Origin: Pyrinomonadaceae bacterium
Lineage (GTDB): Bacteria; Acidobacteriota; Blastocatellia; Pyrinomonadales; Pyrinomonadaceae
Direction of reading: 5' to 3'
DNA: 64,000 nucleotides
Assembly: GCA_046313635.1 (NCBI GenBank)
Contig: JBKBYA010000004.1
Coordinates: 32,001 to 96,000 of the forward strand
In this document: one piece after another, positions 47,922 to 57,921 of the stretch
Layout: each line of letters starts with the position of its first letter
Numbering within the stretch: position 1 is the first letter of the stretch
Notes under the pieces: generated by a model
Database searches by the model: none
What the model was told of the DNA's origin: nothing
What the model saw: the letters and a program-made list of their open reading frames with translations, nothing else
Made by a program: the position numbers and the translations under genes

Positions 47922-50132
47922 ATGGAAAAAAAAGAAACGGTCGCCGATCTTTGCCTGCTGGCCCTGCTGCCGGTCGGCATCGCCGCTGTCGTTTGGGCGT
48001 GTCTCAACTTTCCGTCCGAACGCCTCGACTGGCAGCTCGGCATTTTGACGATCGTCACCGTTTTTTTCAGTTCCTACCTGCAGATCCAACTTCCGAGGGC
48101 CAAGATCCACATGACGACCTCGGACGCGATGGTGATCCTGGCGATGCTCTGGTACGGCGGCGAGATCGCCGTCCTGCTGACGACGCTCGAGACAGCGTTC
48201 ACGAGCACCGTGCTGCGCGCTCAGGGGACACGTATGCGCGTCAAGACGGCCGTCGTGAATGTCGTCGTCGCGTGCGTCACGGTCTTTGCGACGACGGGCA
48301 TCCTGCGCCTGCTCTTCGGGCCCGTGCCCGACGTGCTCACCAGCGGAGATGTGACCAAGTACGTTTGGCTGCTCGCGACCATGGCGGCATCGCTCTTTTT
48401 CTGCAACTCGATCTTGCTGTCGGTCTTTGTCGCCAGCCGGACCGGTAAGCGGATCACGACGATCTGGAACGAGTACTGCCTCAACGCCTTTGTGCTCTAC
48501 CTCAGCGGGGCTGTCCTGGCCGGCATCACCGCCAAGGCGACGCAGCAGATCAACTGGCTGCTGTTTGCCGCGGTGGCGGGATTCTTTGGATTTGTCTATC
48601 TCACATATCGCCGGTACATCCGCGACATAAAGCAAACCTCGGCGCTCGCCGAGCAGGCCGAACGCGAACGCGCCGAGCAGGCCGAACGCCACGTCAAAGA
48701 GCTCGAGCACTACGTAATGCAGCTCGAGGAGAGCGGCGAGGCTCTGCGCGAGAGTCACGAGCGGCTGCAACACGCCGCGTATCACGACGCGCTCACAGGC
48801 CTGTCAAATCGCAATTACTTTATCGAGCGGATCGACTCGCTGCTGGCCGAGCGCCGAGACGGCAACGAGGCGTTTGCGCTGCTGTTTCTCGATCTCAACC
48901 GCTTCAAGACCATTAACGACAGCCTCGGTCACGCGCTCGGCGATCAACTCATCAGGGACGTCGCGGCGCGGCTCGTCGCGGTCGCCGGCGAGCGGAATGA
49001 GGTCGGCCGATTCAGCGGGGACGAGTTTGCGGTGCTGCTGACGGGAGCCAACGTCTCCGAGGCCGTCGCCCTTGCCGAGAGCATCGCAGACGAGATCGCC
49101 CGGCCCTTCGAGCTCTCGGGGAGGCAGGTCTACACGAATGCCTGCATCGGCATCGCCCTCGGCACCGCCGTCTATAAATGCGCCACCGATCTGCTGCGCG
49201 ACGCCGACATCGCGATGTACTGCGCCAAAGACAATAAGCGCACATACGTCATCTTTGACCACGATATGCACGAGCGCGCCGTCCGGCTGCTCGAGCTGGA
49301 GACGAGTCTCCGCGATGCCGTCGACCGCGGCGAATTTGAGGTTCATTACCAGCCCATCGTAGGTCTGCGAGACGGGCGCGTTGCCGGCTTTGAGGCTCTC
49401 GTCAGATGGCGTCAGCCGGACGGCAGCTACATTCCGCCGCCTGACTTTATTCCCATCTGCGAAGCGAGCGATCTGATCGTGCCGCTGACCCGCCTGATAC
49501 TCGTCGAGTCGTGCCGCCAGGTGGCCGAGTGGAACCGCTCGAGCGTCGGCGAGCCGCTCTTTATCAGCGTCAACATCTCGAGCCGCCATATCGACCGCGC
49601 AGAGATCGTCGAGCACGTCGCCGCCGCGCTCGAGGAGTCGAGACTGCATCCCAGCTGTCTCAAGCTGGAGATCACGGAGACGGCGGTGATGGAAAACGCC
49701 GAAGCCGCGATCGAGCTGCTCGAGCGGATCAGGCGGCTCGGCGTGCAGATCAGCATCGACGACTTTGGGACCGGATATTCGAGCCTCTCGTACCTGCACC
49801 GCTTCCCGATCGACACGCTCAAGATCGACCAGTCATTCGTTCGGTCCTTGGGCCGGAGAGAGGGTGACGGTGAGATCGTTCACACGATACTTACACTCGC
49901 TCGCGGGCTAGGTCTCAGCGTCGTGGCGGAAGGGATCGAGACCGTCGAGCAGCTCGATCGTCTCAGGATGATGGGATGCGATCTCGGTCAGGGCTATCTC
50001 TTTTCAAGGCCCGGAACGGCCGATGTAATCGCGGAATTTCTCAGCGCGTGCCGGGCGAATGGCGACCGGATCACGATCGAGCGATCGAGCCTGGACCCGG
50101 CGCGCGTCGATCAGTTGACGCTGGCCGGATGA
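47922..50132 (+). CDS. Membrane-bound diguanylate cyclase/phosphodiesterase (multi-TM sensor, GGDEF, EAL)
   Basis: About 6-7 N-terminal TMs, coiled coil, HDALTGLSNR, DLNRFKTINDSLGH, RFSGDEF, GFEALVRW, DDFGTGYSSL, VAEGIE. Confidence 0.95.
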   Translation: MEKKETVADLCLLALLPVGIAAVVWACLNFPSERLDWQLGILTIVTVFFSSYLQIQLPRAKIHMTTSDAMVILAMLWYGGEIAVLLTTLETAFTSTVLRAQGTRMRVKTAVVNVVVACVTVFATTGILRLLFGPVPDVLTSGDVTKYVWLLATMAASLFFCNSILLSVFVASRTGKRITTIWNEYCLNAFVLYLSGAVLAGITAKATQQINWLLFAAVAGFFGFVYLTYRRYIRDIKQTSALAEQAERERAEQAERHVKELEHYVMQLEESGEALRESHERLQHAAYHDALTGLSNRNYFIERIDSLLAERRDGNEAFALLFLDLNRFKTINDSLGHALGDQLIRDVAARLVAVAGERNEVGRFSGDEFAVLLTGANVSEAVALAESIADEIARPFELSGRQVYTNACIGIALGTAVYKCATDLLRDADIAMYCAKDNKRTYVIFDHDMHERAVRLLELETSLRDAVDRGEFEVHYQPIVGLRDGRVAGFEALVRWRQPDGSYIPPPDFIPICEASDLIVPLTRLILVESCRQVAEWNRSSVGEPLFISVNISSRHIDRAEIVEHVAAALEESRLHPSCLKLEITETAVMENAEAAIELLERIRRLGVQISIDDFGTGYSSLSYLHRFPIDTLKIDQSFVRSLGRREGDGEIVHTILTLARGLGLSVVAEGIETVEQLDRLRMMGCDLGQGYLFSRPGTADVIAEFLSACRANGDRITIERSSLDPARVDQLTLAG

Positions 50133-50147
50133 TCTGATGTGCCGGTC

Positions 50148-51545
50148 TCACACGGCAAAGTGTGCCGGCCGGGCCCCGAGCGGATGTTCCGACTCGTATC
50201 GCGAGCCCATATTCAGCAGCATCGCCTCGCTCCAAAAGTTTCCGACAAGCTGGGTGCCGATCGGCAGTCCCTCGCTCGAGAGGCCGCACGGGACGCTGAT
50301 CGCGGGCACGCCGACGAGATTGGCCGAGACCGTGTAGATGTCGCTCAGGTACATCGCGATCGGGTCGTCCGACCGCTCGCCGATCTTGAAGGCAACGCTC
50401 GGCGACGTAGGCGTCAGTATCGCGTCGCACTTCTCGAACGCCCTCGCATAATCCTGCCGCAGCATCGTCCTGACCTTTTGCGCCTTTGCGTAGTAGGCGT
50501 CGTAGTAGCCGCTCGAGAGAACGTAGGTGCCGAGCATTATGCGTCGCTTGACCTCGGCGCCGAAGCCCTCCTCGCGCGTCTTGAAGTACATCTCGCGCAG
50601 CTCGTGCGCGCCCTCGGCTCGGAAGCCGTACCTCACGCCGTCGTAGCGTGCGAGATTGGACGACGCCTCGGCCGTCGCGAGAATGTAATAGACGGCGATG
50701 CCGTATCTGGCGTGCGGCAGCTCGACGTCGACGATCTCGCAGCCCATCTCTCTGAAATCGTCGATCGACCTTTCGACGGCCGCGAGCACGTCGTGCTCGA
50801 CGCCCTCGCCAAACAAAGCGCGCGGCACGCCGATACGCTTGCCCGAAATATCGTCATTCAGCGTCGCCGAATAATCCGGCACCGGCATGTCGGCCGATGT
50901 CGCGTCGCGCGGGTCGCGGCCCGCGATCACGCCGAGGACGCCCGCGACGTCTGCCGAGGTCTGGCCAAAGATGCCGATGTTGTCGAGCGAGGACGCAAAA
51001 GCGACCAGCCCGTAGCGAGATATGCGGCCGTAGGTCGGCTTGAGGCCGACGACGCCGCACAGCGACGCCGGCTGGCGGACCGAGCCGCCCGTTTCGGAGC
51101 CGAGCGAAACGCGGACGACGCCCGACGCGACCGCGACGGCCGAGCCGCCCGAGCTGCCGCCCGGGACGCGCTCGACGTCCCACGGATTGCGCGCGATGCC
51201 GAAGGCAGAAGTCTCGTTCGACGAGCCCATCGCAAACTCGTCCATATTCGTCTTGCCGACGACGATCGCTCCCGCAGCGTGCAGCCGCTCGATCGCGGTC
51301 GCGTCGTACTGCGCCTTGTAGTTGTGCAGGATGTGCGAGCCGCAGGTGGTCTGCATCCCCTTGGTGCAGATGTTGTCCTTGATCGCGATCGCGACGCCGT
51401 GCAACGCCCCGCCGCCGGCTCCGGCGTCGAGCTGCCCGGCGCGCTCGAGAGCCGCGTCTCGCTCGATCGAGAGAAATGAATTGAGCGTCGGATTAAGCCG
51501 CTCGGCCGCATCGAGCGTCTTTTCGATTTGAGAACGGATCGTCAT
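50148..51545 (-). CDS. gatA: Asp/Glu-tRNA amidotransferase subunit A
   Basis: [63 protein letters not shown]. Confidence 0.97.
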   Translation of the reverse strand: MTIRSQIEKTLDAAERLNPTLNSFLSIERDAALERAGQLDAGAGGGALHGVAIAIKDNICTKGMQTTCGSHILHNYKAQYDATAIERLHAAGAIVVGKTNMDEFAMGSSNETSAFGIARNPWDVERVPGGSSGGSAVAVASGVVRVSLGSETGGSVRQPASLCGVVGLKPTYGRISRYGLVAFASSLDNIGIFGQTSADVAGVLGVIAGRDPRDATSADMPVPDYSATLNDDISGKRIGVPRALFGEGVEHDVLAAVERSIDDFREMGCEIVDVELPHARYGIAVYYILATAEASSNLARYDGVRYGFRAEGAHELREMYFKTREEGFGAEVKRRIMLGTYVLSSGYYDAYYAKAQKVRTMLRQDYARAFEKCDAILTPTSPSVAFKIGERSDDPIAMYLSDIYTVSANLVGVPAISVPCGLSSEGLPIGTQLVGNFWSEAMLLNMGSRYESEHPLGARPAHFAV

Positions 51546-51547
51546 AG

Positions 51548-52039
51548 TCACTTTCCTGATACGCTGTTTATCAGCCACTTGTCGTCGCGCTCGACGGCCT
51601 CGACGGTCACCTCGCGCTGCAGATTCTGGTCGTTCGCACGCCAGTAGAGATTGACGACCACATTCGCCCGGCCGGCTGCCTTGGCCTCGCACGCTCCGAG
51701 CTGGAACGCCTTTGGATAATCTTCGGACCTCGTAAAGTAGTCGAGGGCCCCGGCCGGCGCGGCCGCGAGCGACGTGTAGAGTTCGTCCGTCAAATAGCGG
51801 CGCCGGGCCTCGAGATTCTCGCCCGACGGCGTCATATCGCCGCCGATGTGAAACGCATAGAACTGCCGTACCGACTCGCGGGCCGCAAGACACGATCGAT
51901 CTTGGATCACCGGGATGCTGCAGCCGGTCGCGACGACGAGAGCGATGATCAGCAGACAAGAAGTGGTGAACACCGGGCGACGAACTGCATTCATTTTGCC
52001 CGTTCGGGATCGCGACCCGTTGAACGCGATCGCCGTCAT
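51548..52039 (-). CDS. Putative lipoprotein (possibly DUF3828-like)
   Basis: Lipobox [14 protein letters not shown]...YLTDELY...DYFT...WLINSV; alternative start 51994. Confidence 0.75.
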   Translation of the reverse strand: MTAIAFNGSRSRTGKMNAVRRPVFTTSCLLIIALVVATGCSIPVIQDRSCLAARESVRQFYAFHIGGDMTPSGENLEARRRYLTDELYTSLAAAPAGALDYFTRSEDYPKAFQLGACEAKAAGRANVVVNLYWRANDQNLQREVTVEAVERDDKWLINSVSGK

Positions 52040-52317
52040 AGGACCTTAGGTACCTGGAAGTGTCCGGCGACGGCCGACGGTGCCTGCTCGAGCGCGGCCT
52101 GCTGGCCGAGCGGCTCGTGCGGAATGTCGTCGCGGTCGGCGTCGGTGGCTTCGCCCTCGGCGGTCAGCCCGCCGATCGCAGGCTCGACCGAGCCGGTGTC
52201 GAGCTCGTTGAGCTGCTCGACGTAGGCGACGATATTTGCCATCTGCGGCGTGTAGATCGCGACCTCCTCGTCGGAGATCTCGAGATGAGCGAGTTTGGCT
52301 ACCTTTCGAACGTCCAT
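52036..52317 (-). CDS. gatC: Asp/Glu-tRNA amidotransferase subunit C
   Basis: [13 protein letters not shown]...[13 protein letters not shown]...FQVPKV. Confidence 0.95.
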   Translation of the reverse strand: MDVRKVAKLAHLEISDEEVAIYTPQMANIVAYVEQLNELDTGSVEPAIGGLTAEGEATDADRDDIPHEPLGQQAALEQAPSAVAGHFQVPKVL

Positions 52318-52323
52318 AAAAAT

Positions 52324-52794
52324 TCAGTCCTCGCGGCCATCGAGCCGCGCTTCGCGGGCGATGCAGCTGCCGGCCGCGAGCAAAAACTTTCTTCGCATCT
52401 CAGGGTCGCTGATCGCGACCGCCGCACGCCTGAGCTCGGGCGTGACCGCCGCCTCGGCCGCCTCGAAGGGGTCCTCGAACGGCGTGCGGAGATTTACGGC
52501 AGAGACCGCGGCCGCGTCCTCGACGAATTCGATAAAGGTGACCGACTCGCCGCTGAGCAGGCGGTTGATCTTAAAGACCAGCTCGCCTGCGAGGTCCTCG
52601 AGGTGTCGCTTCCAGGCCTTGCCGGCGACGGCGACCGTCAGCCTTGAATTTTCGATCGCGACCGGGACGGCGTGCTCGTTGATCCCGTCGCCCGCGGCCC
52701 GGCGCCATGCCGCGAAAACGATCGTCTCGCGGATCTGCTCGTCGTCGCCAAAACGCTCGAGGATCGCCGGCAGGGTCTTGAAAAGCTCGTCCAT
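52324..52794 (-). CDS. DUF721/DciA-family protein
   Basis: FAAWRRAAGDGINEHAVPVAIENSRLTVAVAGKAWKRHL...LVFKIN. Confidence 0.8.
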   Translation of the reverse strand: MDELFKTLPAILERFGDDEQIRETIVFAAWRRAAGDGINEHAVPVAIENSRLTVAVAGKAWKRHLEDLAGELVFKINRLLSGESVTFIEFVEDAAAVSAVNLRTPFEDPFEAAEAAVTPELRRAAVAISDPEMRRKFLLAAGSCIAREARLDGRED

Positions 52795-52844
52795 TGGAGT
52801 TTGCCGCGGCTAACTTTTATCATCTTAAACGACAAGATATTCAA

Positions 52845-53456
52845 ATGCTAAACGAAGCTTCTTCAACGGTTAAACTGCCTCGACTGATACTCGCCTCGGG
52901 CAGCCCGCGTCGGGCCGAGATACTCAATTCGGTCGGCTGGGAGTTTGAGAAGCTCGTGCCCGACGTCGACGAGTCGCTTGTTGACGGCGAGAGTCCCGAG
53001 GATTACGTCCGCCGGCTCGCCGCCCTCAAGGCTGCTGCTGTCGACGCGGCGGACCTCGGCGAATGCTGCGTGCTGGCGGCCGATACGACGGTCGTCATCG
53101 ACGAGCATATTCTCGGCAAGCCGGTCGATCTGGACGATGCGCGGCGTATGCTGCGGATGCTCGCCGGTCGACGGCACGAGGTGCTGACCGGCGTGGCAGT
53201 GCGCTTTCGCGGCGATCTCGAGGTCGGACTGCAGCGCACGGGCGTGAGATTCGCGCCGATGAACGAGGCCGAGATCGAATTTCTCGCGCGCGAGGGCGAC
53301 CCGCTCGACAAGGCCGGGGCTTACGCCGTGCAGGCACAGGCCGCGCTGTTCATCGAGGGCATCGAGGGCGATTACTGGAACGTCGTCGGGCTGCCGATCA
53401 ATCTCGTCTACCAGCTAGTGAAAAAGGCGGAAGCCAAAACGGCCTCCGCCCGATGA
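52845..53456 (+). CDS. maf: Maf-family nucleoside triphosphate pyrophosphatase
   Basis: LILASGSPRRAEIL, AADTTV, ILGKP, DKAGAYAVQ, NVVGLP. Confidence 0.95.
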   Translation: MLNEASSTVKLPRLILASGSPRRAEILNSVGWEFEKLVPDVDESLVDGESPEDYVRRLAALKAAAVDAADLGECCVLAADTTVVIDEHILGKPVDLDDARRMLRMLAGRRHEVLTGVAVRFRGDLEVGLQRTGVRFAPMNEAEIEFLAREGDPLDKAGAYAVQAQAALFIEGIEGDYWNVVGLPINLVYQLVKKAEAKTASAR

Positions 53457-53492
53457 GTTTTAATTGTGCGGGCGATCACGCCTCGCCGAAAA

Positions 53493-54002
53493 TCACTGCA
53501 GCAGTTTATCGACCGTCCGCGAGATCGTGATGGTGATATCCGTCTTTGGGTCGATGCCGCCGAGGGCCTCGCCGACCTGGCTGCCCGACTTGTCGATTAT
53601 CACAAAGGCCGGGATCTGGTCGAGGTTGTATTTTTTCATCACGACACCGCCGTCCGGATCGCGCAGCACCGTGACGCCGAGCTTGTTTGCGGCCGCAAAC
53701 TTTCGCACGTCGTCATCCGTCGCGAAGTTGCGCGAGCGGGCCGAACTGGAGTCAGTCGAGACAAAGTAGACCACGACGTCCTTGCCCGTATAGCGCCGGG
53801 CGAGCGTGTTGGCAAATTCGGCCTGCTTTGCCGAGAGCGGCAGCCAGCTCGCGCCGATCGCGAGGATCACGACCTTTCCACGCTGGCCATCGAGGTCGAC
53901 GCGCGAGCCGTCGAGCGACGTGAGCGTCGTCTGCGCGGCGGCCGACAAGGCAAGGACGACCGATACGATCGCGGCTGCGGCAAAATGTCTCATGCTTTTC
54001 AT
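53493..54002 (-). CDS. Exported TlpA/redoxin-fold protein lacking CXXC
   Basis: LTSLDGSRVDL...GKVVILAIGASWLPLS, LRDPDG, IPAFVIIDKSG; alternative start 53993. Confidence 0.8.
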   Translation of the reverse strand: MKSMRHFAAAAIVSVVLALSAAAQTTLTSLDGSRVDLDGQRGKVVILAIGASWLPLSAKQAEFANTLARRYTGKDVVVYFVSTDSSSARSRNFATDDDVRKFAAANKLGVTVLRDPDGGVVMKKYNLDQIPAFVIIDKSGSQVGEALGGIDPKTDITITISRTVDKLLQ

Positions 54003-54065
54003 ATTATCGCGACGGGCGGCCTTGACCTGTCCCCGTCGACAATTTAGATGCAGGTTTGGTGCCGG

Positions 54066-54920
54066 CTACTGCCCTCGATTAAGCACGACGTTGTCGATCA
54101 GGCGCACTTCGCCGACGAAGGCGGCGACGGCGATGAGCGTCTCTTTTTCGCCGATCTTTTGAACGGGCCGGAGTGTTTCGGCGTCGACGATCGCGATGTA
54201 GTCGATGCGGACGATCTCGTCCTCGGCGAGTACCTGGCGGATCAACTCGGTCAGCGTCGCCGCATTGCGCTCGCCTCGTTTGAATGATGTCTTTGCCTCT
54301 CGCAGCGCACGGTATATCACCGCGGCCCGACGCCTCTCGTCCTCACTGAGCAGAGCGTTGCGCGACGACATCGCGAGGCCCGACTCTTCGCGGACGGTCG
54401 GCACGACGACGATCTCCATCTCAAACCCGAGATCGCGTGTCAGACGCTTGACGACGGCCACCTGCTGGGCGTCCTTTTGGCCAAAAAAGGCGAGCTCGGG
54501 CCGCACCGTATTGAAGAATATTGTGACGACCGTCGCGACGCCGCGAAAGTGCCCGGGACGCGATGCTCCCTCGAGCGTCTCGGTTATGCCCTCGACATCG
54601 ACATAGGTCGCAAAGCCCTCGGGATAGATCTCGCTCTCGTCCGGCGCAAACAAATAGTCGACGCCGATATCGGCGAGCATCGCCGCGTCCGCGGTCAGGT
54701 CGCGCGGGTACTTTTCAAGATCTTTCTTGTCGTTGAACTGCGCCGGATTGACGAATATCGAGACGACGACCGCGTCACACCGCGTGCGAGCTTCGCGCAC
54801 GAGCGCGAGATGGCCCTCGTGCAGGGCTCCCATCGTCGGCACAAATCCGACAGTCTTGTTATCGCGGCGCAGCTTGCGGGCGATCGAGAACATTCGCTGT
54901 CGGCGGTTGATGATCTCCAT
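54066..54920 (-). CDS. panC: Pantoate--beta-alanine ligase
   Basis: FVPTMGALHEGH, SIFVNPAQF, RPGHFRGV, FGQKDAQQ, GLAMSSRN, RLIDN. Confidence 0.97.
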   Translation of the reverse strand: MEIINRRQRMFSIARKLRRDNKTVGFVPTMGALHEGHLALVREARTRCDAVVVSIFVNPAQFNDKKDLEKYPRDLTADAAMLADIGVDYLFAPDESEIYPEGFATYVDVEGITETLEGASRPGHFRGVATVVTIFFNTVRPELAFFGQKDAQQVAVVKRLTRDLGFEMEIVVVPTVREESGLAMSSRNALLSEDERRRAAVIYRALREAKTSFKRGERNAATLTELIRQVLAEDEIVRIDYIAIVDAETLRPVQKIGEKETLIAVAAFVGEVRLIDNVVLNRGQ

Positions 54921-54940
54921 TGAAGCGTTGCGGCGACGGA

Positions 54941-55804
54941 TTATTCGGCGCTTTTGAGCTCGGCGACGGTCTCCTTTGTCAGACCGTACGACTCCGCCTC
55001 GCTTGGGTACGCCCCCGATTTGACGTCGGCCGACCAGCGCTGGACGGCGTCGGTGATCGTCTCGCGAAGGTTTGCGTACTGCCTGACAAAGCGGGGCAGG
55101 CGGCCGAAAGATAGCCCGACCATATCGTGAAAGACGAGCACCTGAATGTCGCAGTCAGGCCCGGCCCCGATGCCGATCGTCGAGATCTGAAGTTCGTTGG
55201 TGATGATCGCCGCGACCTCCCGCGGGACGAGTTCGAGGACGATCGCAAAGGCACCGGCCTCTTCAAGAAGTTTCGCGTCCTCGATCAGGCGTTTGGCCTG
55301 CTCGGCCGAGCGGCCCTGCACGCGGTAGCCGCCGAGCTTATAGACCGACTGCGGCGTCAGGCCGATATGCGCGACGACAGGGATCTCCTCGTCGACGAGG
55401 CGTCGCACGAGGTCGACGCGGTTGCGGCCGCCCTCGATCTTGACGGCCTCGGCTCCGCCGTACTTCATCAGCCGGAGCGCATTCTGCACGCTCGTGTCGG
55501 CGTTGACGTGATAGCTGCCGTACGGCATATCGGCGACGACCATCGCCCGCTCTGTGCCGCGCTTGACGGCGATGCAGGCCGACGTGATCTCGTCGAGCGA
55601 GACCGGAATGGTGTTTCCGTACCCGTGAATGACGTTGCCGATGCTGTCGCCGACAAGGATGATGTCGACGCCGGCCTCGTCGATGATGCGGGCTGTCGGG
55701 TAATCGTAGGCGGTCAGGCAGACGAGCTTTTCGCCTCGTTCCTTTGCGGCCCGGATCGCAGGCAGATAGACCTTTTCCGGACGGTCAGGTTGCAGGTAAG
55801 CCAT
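54941..55804 (-). CDS. panB: 3-methyl-2-oxobutanoate hydroxymethyltransferase
   Basis: LTAYDY, LVGDS, VADMPYGSY, VKIEGG, HIGLTPQS, IGIGAG. Confidence 0.97.
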   Translation of the reverse strand: MAYLQPDRPEKVYLPAIRAAKERGEKLVCLTAYDYPTARIIDEAGVDIILVGDSIGNVIHGYGNTIPVSLDEITSACIAVKRGTERAMVVADMPYGSYHVNADTSVQNALRLMKYGGAEAVKIEGGRNRVDLVRRLVDEEIPVVAHIGLTPQSVYKLGGYRVQGRSAEQAKRLIEDAKLLEEAGAFAIVLELVPREVAAIITNELQISTIGIGAGPDCDIQVLVFHDMVGLSFGRLPRFVRQYANLRETITDAVQRWSADVKSGAYPSEAESYGLTKETVAELKSAE

Positions 55805-55842
55805 AGATGCCGTTAAGTCTAGCCCCTCGGGCGGGGCCAAGT

Positions 55843-56385
55843 CTAGCCGATCAGCGCCGGCGAAACGTCGTGCCGAGCGCCCGGGTTCCAGCGCGACACC
55901 TGGCCCGTATCTCCGCACTCGCCGAGCAGCTGCTGGATATCTTTTTTGAAGACGGGATGGACAAAGCTCGGGGCGATCTCGGCCATCGGCACGAGGACAA
56001 ACCGTCGAAGGTGCAGACGCGGGTGCGGCACCGTCACAAACGGCGTCTCGATCACCTGCCGTCCAAAAAACAGAATGTCGAGGTCGATGGTTCGCGGCTT
56101 CTTGAGCGACTTGTCGCGGCGGCCGAGCACGTACTCGATCCGCAGGAGCCGGGCCATCATCTGCGACGGCTTGAGGTCTGAGCGGACGCGGACCTCCGCC
56201 GCCATATTCAGAAAGCAGGCCGCGTCACCGCCGAGCCCGATCGGTTCGGTCTCGTAGATCGCAGAGAGTTTGGTCACATCAAAGCTCGCCTCGAGCAGGC
56301 CTCGCACGGCCAGCAGCAGATGGCCCGCCCGATCGCCGAGATTAGAGCCGAGTCCGATGTATGCGGTGATGTGGTCGCCGAACAC
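55843..56385 (-). CDS. folK: 2-amino-4-hydroxy-6-hydroxymethyldihydropteridine pyrophosphokinase
   Basis: YIGLGSNLGDR, YETEP, FLN, PRTIDLDIL, VPHPRLHLRRFVLVP. Confidence 0.96.
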   Translation of the reverse strand: MFGDHITAYIGLGSNLGDRAGHLLLAVRGLLEASFDVTKLSAIYETEPIGLGGDAACFLNMAAEVRVRSDLKPSQMMARLLRIEYVLGRRDKSLKKPRTIDLDILFFGRQVIETPFVTVPHPRLHLRRFVLVPMAEIAPSFVHPVFKKDIQQLLGECGDTGQVSRWNPGARHDVSPALIG

Positions 56386-56589
56386 TTTAAGCTTCCTAAC
56401 AATTAATCGACACCCCGTGGTTTGTCAATAAATCACGCCCGCGAGACGGCATTTACATTTGCGGGCCGCGATGCTTCAATAAAGCCAGCAGCAGTTATTT
56501 GGAAACCAGAAGCCGGCCGCTTCTTATCTCGGCCGACTCGGGCGGGCAAGCCGCGTGGCCGTCTCTACAAAATTTCACGCCGCACACCG

Positions 56590-57894
56590 ATGGCACGAAA
56601 AAAATTTCGCCGCAGCCCTCGTTTTGACACTCCCGAAGATCGTTCCTTCCAGGAATATCTCTCGAATCAGCCCGCGCAGATGACGACGCGGTCCGAGCTG
56701 CTGCGGCTCATCCGCGGCGGCGAAGACACGTTCCTCGAGCTCAAAGTAAAGCTCTCAAATTCAGAGCGCATCGCCCAGGGCATCGTCGCCCATGCCAATA
56801 CTGCGGGCGGGATGATCATCTTCGGCGTCAACGACCAGCTCCGCATCGAGGGCGTCAGCAATCCCGAATGGGTACAGGAAGAGCTAGTCCGCATCTGCCG
56901 CGAAGAGATCGTGCCGCCGCTGATCCCGATACTCGACGTCGTCGCCTTCGACAGCGGCAAGCGCATAGTCGCGCTCGAGATCGAAGGGAAACGCAAGCCT
57001 TACCGAACGCGCGAGGGCCGCTTTTACATCCGCTTCGGCGCCGAGAAAAGAGAGGTCGCACGCGAGGAACTGTCAGCCTGGCTCGACGAGCTGCGGCCGC
57101 TGACATTCGAAAATATTCCGCTGCACGACGTATCAGAGGACGACTTTGACGACGGCCTGCTGTGGAGCTTTGCGAACGCCTTCGAGGACAACACGCTGAA
57201 TACGTACCTGTACCAAACGAGCGACTTTCTGCGAAAGGACCTGCTACTCGCGGTCGGCAACGCGGACGAGTTTTTTCCGACCGTTGCGGGCGTACTGCTG
57301 TTTGGAAAGAACGAACGCGTTCCCGAGATCATTCCGCGTTCAAAGGTGACGGTCAATCGCTACTCCGGCGATAACGGCTCGGCGCAGCTCGTCGAGCGTG
57401 TCGAGATCAACGGCAATATGCTCACGCAATACGAGTCGATCCTCGCCTTTATCGATCGCTACGTCGATCTGTATAAGACGCGGCCCAAAAAGACGCTGCG
57501 CCTCGTCGGCGGCACCGAAGGCGAGCCGGTCAGGGCGCGTGCTAGATACCATCACTACTCGATCTGCGAGGCCGTGATCAACGCGCTCATCCATCGCGAC
57601 TTTGCGCTCCGCGAGATCCCGACGCGAATCTCGATCTACGACAATTCGATCGAGTTCATTAACCCGCGGCGCACGAGCGGATTTTCGCCGCCGGCGTCGC
57701 GCGCGATCCGCTACGGCATCACGCAGCGATTGAATCCGCAGATCGCCGCGATCTTCACACGTCGCGAATACGGCGTCACGGCCCCGCACGGCGGCCTGCC
57801 GATGATCCTGCGGCAGTCGCACAATTTCTCGGGCAAACGTCCCGAGATCTATATCACTAACGATGAGTTCAAGCTGAAGATATACGGGAGCTGA
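56590..57894 (+). CDS. Schlafen/AlbA_2-domain protein with RecG-C/HATPase_c_4-like domain
   Basis: GEDTFLELK, VAHANTAGGMIIFGVND, FYIRFG; EAVINALIHRDF, IEFINP. Confidence 0.85.
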   Translation: MARKKFRRSPRFDTPEDRSFQEYLSNQPAQMTTRSELLRLIRGGEDTFLELKVKLSNSERIAQGIVAHANTAGGMIIFGVNDQLRIEGVSNPEWVQEELVRICREEIVPPLIPILDVVAFDSGKRIVALEIEGKRKPYRTREGRFYIRFGAEKREVAREELSAWLDELRPLTFENIPLHDVSEDDFDDGLLWSFANAFEDNTLNTYLYQTSDFLRKDLLLAVGNADEFFPTVAGVLLFGKNERVPEIIPRSKVTVNRYSGDNGSAQLVERVEINGNMLTQYESILAFIDRYVDLYKTRPKKTLRLVGGTEGEPVRARARYHHYSICEAVINALIHRDFALREIPTRISIYDNSIEFINPRRTSGFSPPASRAIRYGITQRLNPQIAAIFTRREYGVTAPHGGLPMILRQSHNFSGKRPEIYITNDEFKLKIYGS

Positions 57895-57921
57895 AATGTG
57901 TCACCAGCCCGCACGGTGACC

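Noticed and set aside
48990..49030. Degenerate, inactive GGDEF domain (SGDEF)
   Set aside because: SGDEF variants can be active and the other catalytic motifs are intact; inactivity cannot be claimed from sequence.
50148..51959. Long N-terminal extensions in the ORF track (gatA 603 aa; also 6939, 30341, 40593, 45510, 55918, 63314)
   Set aside because: The extensions overlap neighbouring genes or promoters; downstream ATGs match family N-termini or signal peptides.
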